Positions 60,568 through 64,000 of a stretch of DNA of 64,000 bases are shown here, in pieces; the first letter of the stretch is position 1; each line of letters opens with the position of its first letter. Below the pieces are notes generated by a model, which made no database searches, had not been told where the DNA came from, and was given only the letters and a program-made list of their open reading frames with translations. The DNA comes from Anthoceros angustus (Eukaryota > Plantae > Anthocerotophyta): NCBI GenBank assembly GCA_010909165.1, contig MU008158.1, forward strand, positions 1,079,478 through 1,143,477. The letters run 5' to 3'. Both the position numbers and the translations under genes were made by a program.

Positions 60568-61553
60568 ATGGACGGCCCCGTGCTCAGCTATGGACCCGTG
60601 GTGCTGCGACACCCGGACATGGACCTGCTGCAGGGCCCTCATTACCTCAATGACCAGATCATCGAGTTCTTCTTCTACCACCTCACCCTGCAACACAGGC
60701 CTGCAGAGGGAGCTCCCTGACTCCGGCCCGCTCCTCCTCGTCGGCCCCTCGCTCACATTCTGGCTCCTGCATTGCCCCGACGCGGACGGTCTGCAGGCTT
60801 CCATCCAGCCTCTCAATTTGCCGGATCGTCAGGTTCGCTGTCTGTCGTTCCCGCTTCCTGCACCATCTGTCAGCCTAGGGTTCCGCCTTCTTGTCAATTG
60901 GCCCTGCACAGGACGCTAATCCGGGTGTCCTTCACTTGCAGGTCATCTTGTTTGCCTTGAACAACAATGAAGATGTGGAGACTGCTGAAGGCGGCACTCA
61001 CTGGACGTTGCTCGTCTACACCAGGTCCGCTGTACTGTCCTTGTCCTTGTCCTTCCTGTCAAGACATGTCTGTCCCCGGATGGAGTTGTAACACCTTCTC
61101 TGCTCACTTGTTTCATGTGTGGCAGGCAAAGAAATACGTTCGAGCATTTCGATAGCATGTCAGGCACGAATTGGAGGCAAGCCCGCGCCCTGGTGAACAT
61201 CATCAAGCCCTTCATAGGTAACTGCAGCATGTTGCCCTAGTCAGTGCCACTGCCTCGTGTCTCTGTCTCTCATACCGACATTCCTCTCTCTCAGGGCCAG
61301 CTGCTGCGTCGGCAAAGCTCACTGAGCCGGTCACACCGCAGCAGGAGAACAGCTACGACTGCGGGTGTATGTCATGGCCATAGCCAAGGTCATCTGCCAG
61401 GCCTTCCAAGACAAGAGGACAGGATTCAGGGAGCCTGACATCCCGGCTCTCCTCCGATCTCAAGTCACTGCAGACAATGTGACCGAGATGCGGCAACACA
61501 CCCTGGACCTCATCTCATCCCTCAGGTTGCAGCAGCAGCAGCAGCAAGGGTGA
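60568..61553 (+). CDS. SENP8: NEDD8-specific protease (SENP8/DEN1/NEDP1), multi-exon, two apparent 1-bp deletions
   Basis: VLSYGPVVLR, YLNDQIIEF, ALNNNEDV, GGTHWTLLVY, FEHFDS, TPQQENSYDCG (His-Asp-Cys triad plus oxyanion Gln). Confidence 0.92.
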
Positions 61554-61676
61554 TCAGGTCCGGCTGCCCTTCGTTCCATCCTCTTGCGTCAATGCCTGTG
61601 GATGCAGACAGCATCATCAGTTGATGATTCGCACAGCAGCAGGGATACAAGTTTTGACATGGCCTTCCAAATTTTT

Positions 61677-62414
61677 GGCTCACCCTCTCACACGAGGACT
61701 TTGGCACTTGTGAAGCCTGCTCCCTTGGAAAGAGCCATCGATCACCTTTTCCTAAGGCCAACACACGAGCAACCAAGCGCCACCGGTACATTCTAACCTC
61801 ATGGGCTCTTCACTGCATCACTGCTCGGCTACACCTACTTTATGCCGGGTAATCGACGACTTCACCGATTCATCATTTACACACTCAAGAACAAGGCCCA
61901 AGCATTTTCATGCTTCAAGGACTACAAGACCGGTCGAAAAACAAACAGTAATACCTTACTTTGCCGCATCCGTGGAGGTGGTGAATATGGCTCCACTCAA
62001 TTTTCCAACTTCCGCAAGGAACACGGCATCAACAGCATGTATTACCACCCCACACACCTCGCAGTAACGGGTCGCAAAACGGATGAACAACTGCTGTAAT
62101 CGGGCTATCAATGCTTATTCATGCCCGCCTACCAGATCTTATTGGCCGAGGCAATGCAAAGATGTCAGTTTATATCGGAATCAACCATTACCTCATCCTC
62201 TCACAAGGCACCCCTTATGAAGCTTGGACAGCCATGTCGGATTTATCTTCATTACGGGTCTTTGGAGCTCTTATGTATGCCCACATTCCAAAGGCCATCA
62301 GACCAAACTTGACAACAAGGCCCGTAAATTCGCTCATAGGCTTCAATGGTATTTGTAGCATTTTGAGATATCGATCACGTATCACGTGCACAAAACTTGC
62401 AACATGAGAATGTA
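61677..62414 (+). repeat. Noisy copy of about 31815-32583, including the Copia A|Copia B LTR junction
   Basis: Collinear match with many small indels. Confidence 0.9.
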
Positions 62415-62572
62415 CTTCGTAGGTGGGAGGAGGTTCTGAACGTGGATCGAGGAGATCCAGTGTGAACGGCAAGCTACGGGGCAATTAATAATAGAGTTGG
62501 TCTGAAGACAGGAAGATACATCTGCTCAAACTCCATTTCATTTTGAGCAAAGCATCATATTTCAAAGCCAAG

Positions 62573-64000
62573 TTAAAGTGAACAAGAGGTGGGATTCTTC
62601 ACTGCCTCCACAGTCTTCTCCCACAAAGAATTGATGAAGTTGAAGTAGGCATATTTAACATCAAATTCCATATCGTACCCTGCAAAACCAGGAGCCATCG
62701 TGTCACCGTAACAACCATCCAGATATTTCCTAAAGTTGTTTCTCGACAGTGCCCAAGACGCAGGACTTACAGTAGTTGATTGCAACTGCTTTCCCTTCAG
62801 CATCGGCTGACTGTTTAACGTGATGAAACCACAAACTTGGCCTGCAATCATAACGGCCAGCCGGGATGTGTGAACTTAGAAGCAGGCGAGGCACCTCATA
62901 CTTCGGGATCACGGAATGTTGCTGGACACCACACACTTGAATGGTTCAACCAAAGGGGCAGACTCACAGATACAAGATCTCTCCTGCTTTCACAGTACAC
63001 GTGAAAGGAGATGGGCCCTGAGTATCGTGAAAACTTGGCTCTGGCTTCAGACATTGCAGAGGCTGGTGGATAAGGATCCACACTCACCCAGGGAACTTCA
63101 GGAGCTTCTCGGTCACAAAACTACGAAGAAATTTCCAGAATCCTGAAACAACGAGCTCCTGTGTCTGACAGAAGGTAGCAGCAAAGCATTAGGGGTTTGA
63201 GCAAATTGAAGATGAAACACTCGACTGTACCTTGTCTCTCAAATATTGGGCAGCCGGATACATTTCCACATACAGACGATGCACATCAGTTGGAGGCAGT
63301 AAAGTGAAATGTTTCTCTCCTGCCACAACCGCATACAAATTCTCATAGTGGTCCTTGTGGAAAGATGTCACAGCCTTCTCATTGCCAATCCACATGTTAA
63401 CCGCCTCGCACGCAACCCAGTGCTTCTGTTGCCCAAGATAGATGCTCGTCTGCATCTTTTGCCAACAGCCCGTACTCTGTCAAGAAACATCCGTCCTGCT
63501 GCTGGGCATATGCCACGCCCTTGCTGCTCGTGTTCTGAGTAATCAGCTCCAGTGCTTCCGGAAAGGGCAATTGCTCGACATGTGCAGTCACGAACAAAAA
63601 CCCAAGTCTCTTTTCTGCAATATCTTGCCCGTCATTGCAATTGACCTGGATTAGAGTTTGGCATAAAATCTCTTTCACCCTTCACAAGTATGTCTGCCGG
63701 TCCACTGTTTCCACTCACTTCCCATGAAGCAGAGCTGCATTTGCCATCTTTTCTGAAACAAAACAGGTAGTCTCAGAATGTAGACAAGACCCCACCACAC
63801 CCAGGGCAAGCGTCACCAATAAGCCATCCTCACCAGACTCAGGACCCAGTGAAGCCAGCGTGCAGCCATACAGTCGTTGCAAGATGGCAGGATCCACAGC
63901 AGCATCCGCCCCATCAGGTGAAGTGCACGCTCACAGTCTGGTGTCTCAGCACAGCAGAGAGGTACTCGTTGGACCAGCATCGGAGAGCGGGCCAGTGATC
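62573..64000 (-). CDS. JMJD7: JmjC-only 2OG/Fe(II) oxygenase JMJD7/JMJ32; 5' end lies beyond the window
   Basis: [51 protein letters not shown] (HxD), [25 protein letters not shown] (distal His), [19 protein letters not shown]. Confidence 0.93.

Noticed and set aside
49932-62414. The repeated Copia pieces as independent retrotransposition events
   Set aside because: No LTR-PBS-PPT boundaries or target duplications, and they carry nested junctions specific to the 31-32.6 kb locus.

Overview
Eukaryotic nuclear DNA from a land plant. Compact genes, short GT-AG introns and GC-rich intronless genes suggest a non-seed plant such as a hornwort, other bryophyte or lycophyte (inference). Host genes: glucosidase II beta subunit, a GH3 acyl-acid amido synthetase, an HSP20, four dirigent genes plus a dirigent remnant, a GPI-anchored protein, an intronless truncated RAD23, a NEDD8 protease (SENP8/DEN1), and JMJD7/JMJ32 (one near-complete copy running off the window end, plus an inverted 5' duplicate). 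About half of the window is transposon-derived: an unclassified 7.1-kb GC-rich element with a 533-bp tandem array, a CRE/SLACS-like non-LTR fragment directly behind a TTTAGGG-based 63-bp repeat, a LINE 3' end, a 15-kb nest (Copia A interrupted by a CACTA and by Copia B), a third Copia and further CACTA pieces. The sequence is noisy: 1-2 bp deletions in homopolymers or short repeats frameshift otherwise intact genes. One 2-kb locus (about 30590-32600) reappears as four to five patches joined to unrelated sequence at short microhomologies, so parts of 46-64 kb may be assembly or amplification chimeras. Best biological leads: the telomere-motif-associated CRE-like retroelement, the divergent dirigent cluster beside an atypical GH3, the tandem mini-ORF array, and extra ORFs in both Copia elements. 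No CRISPR array, rRNA or intact tRNA was seen.
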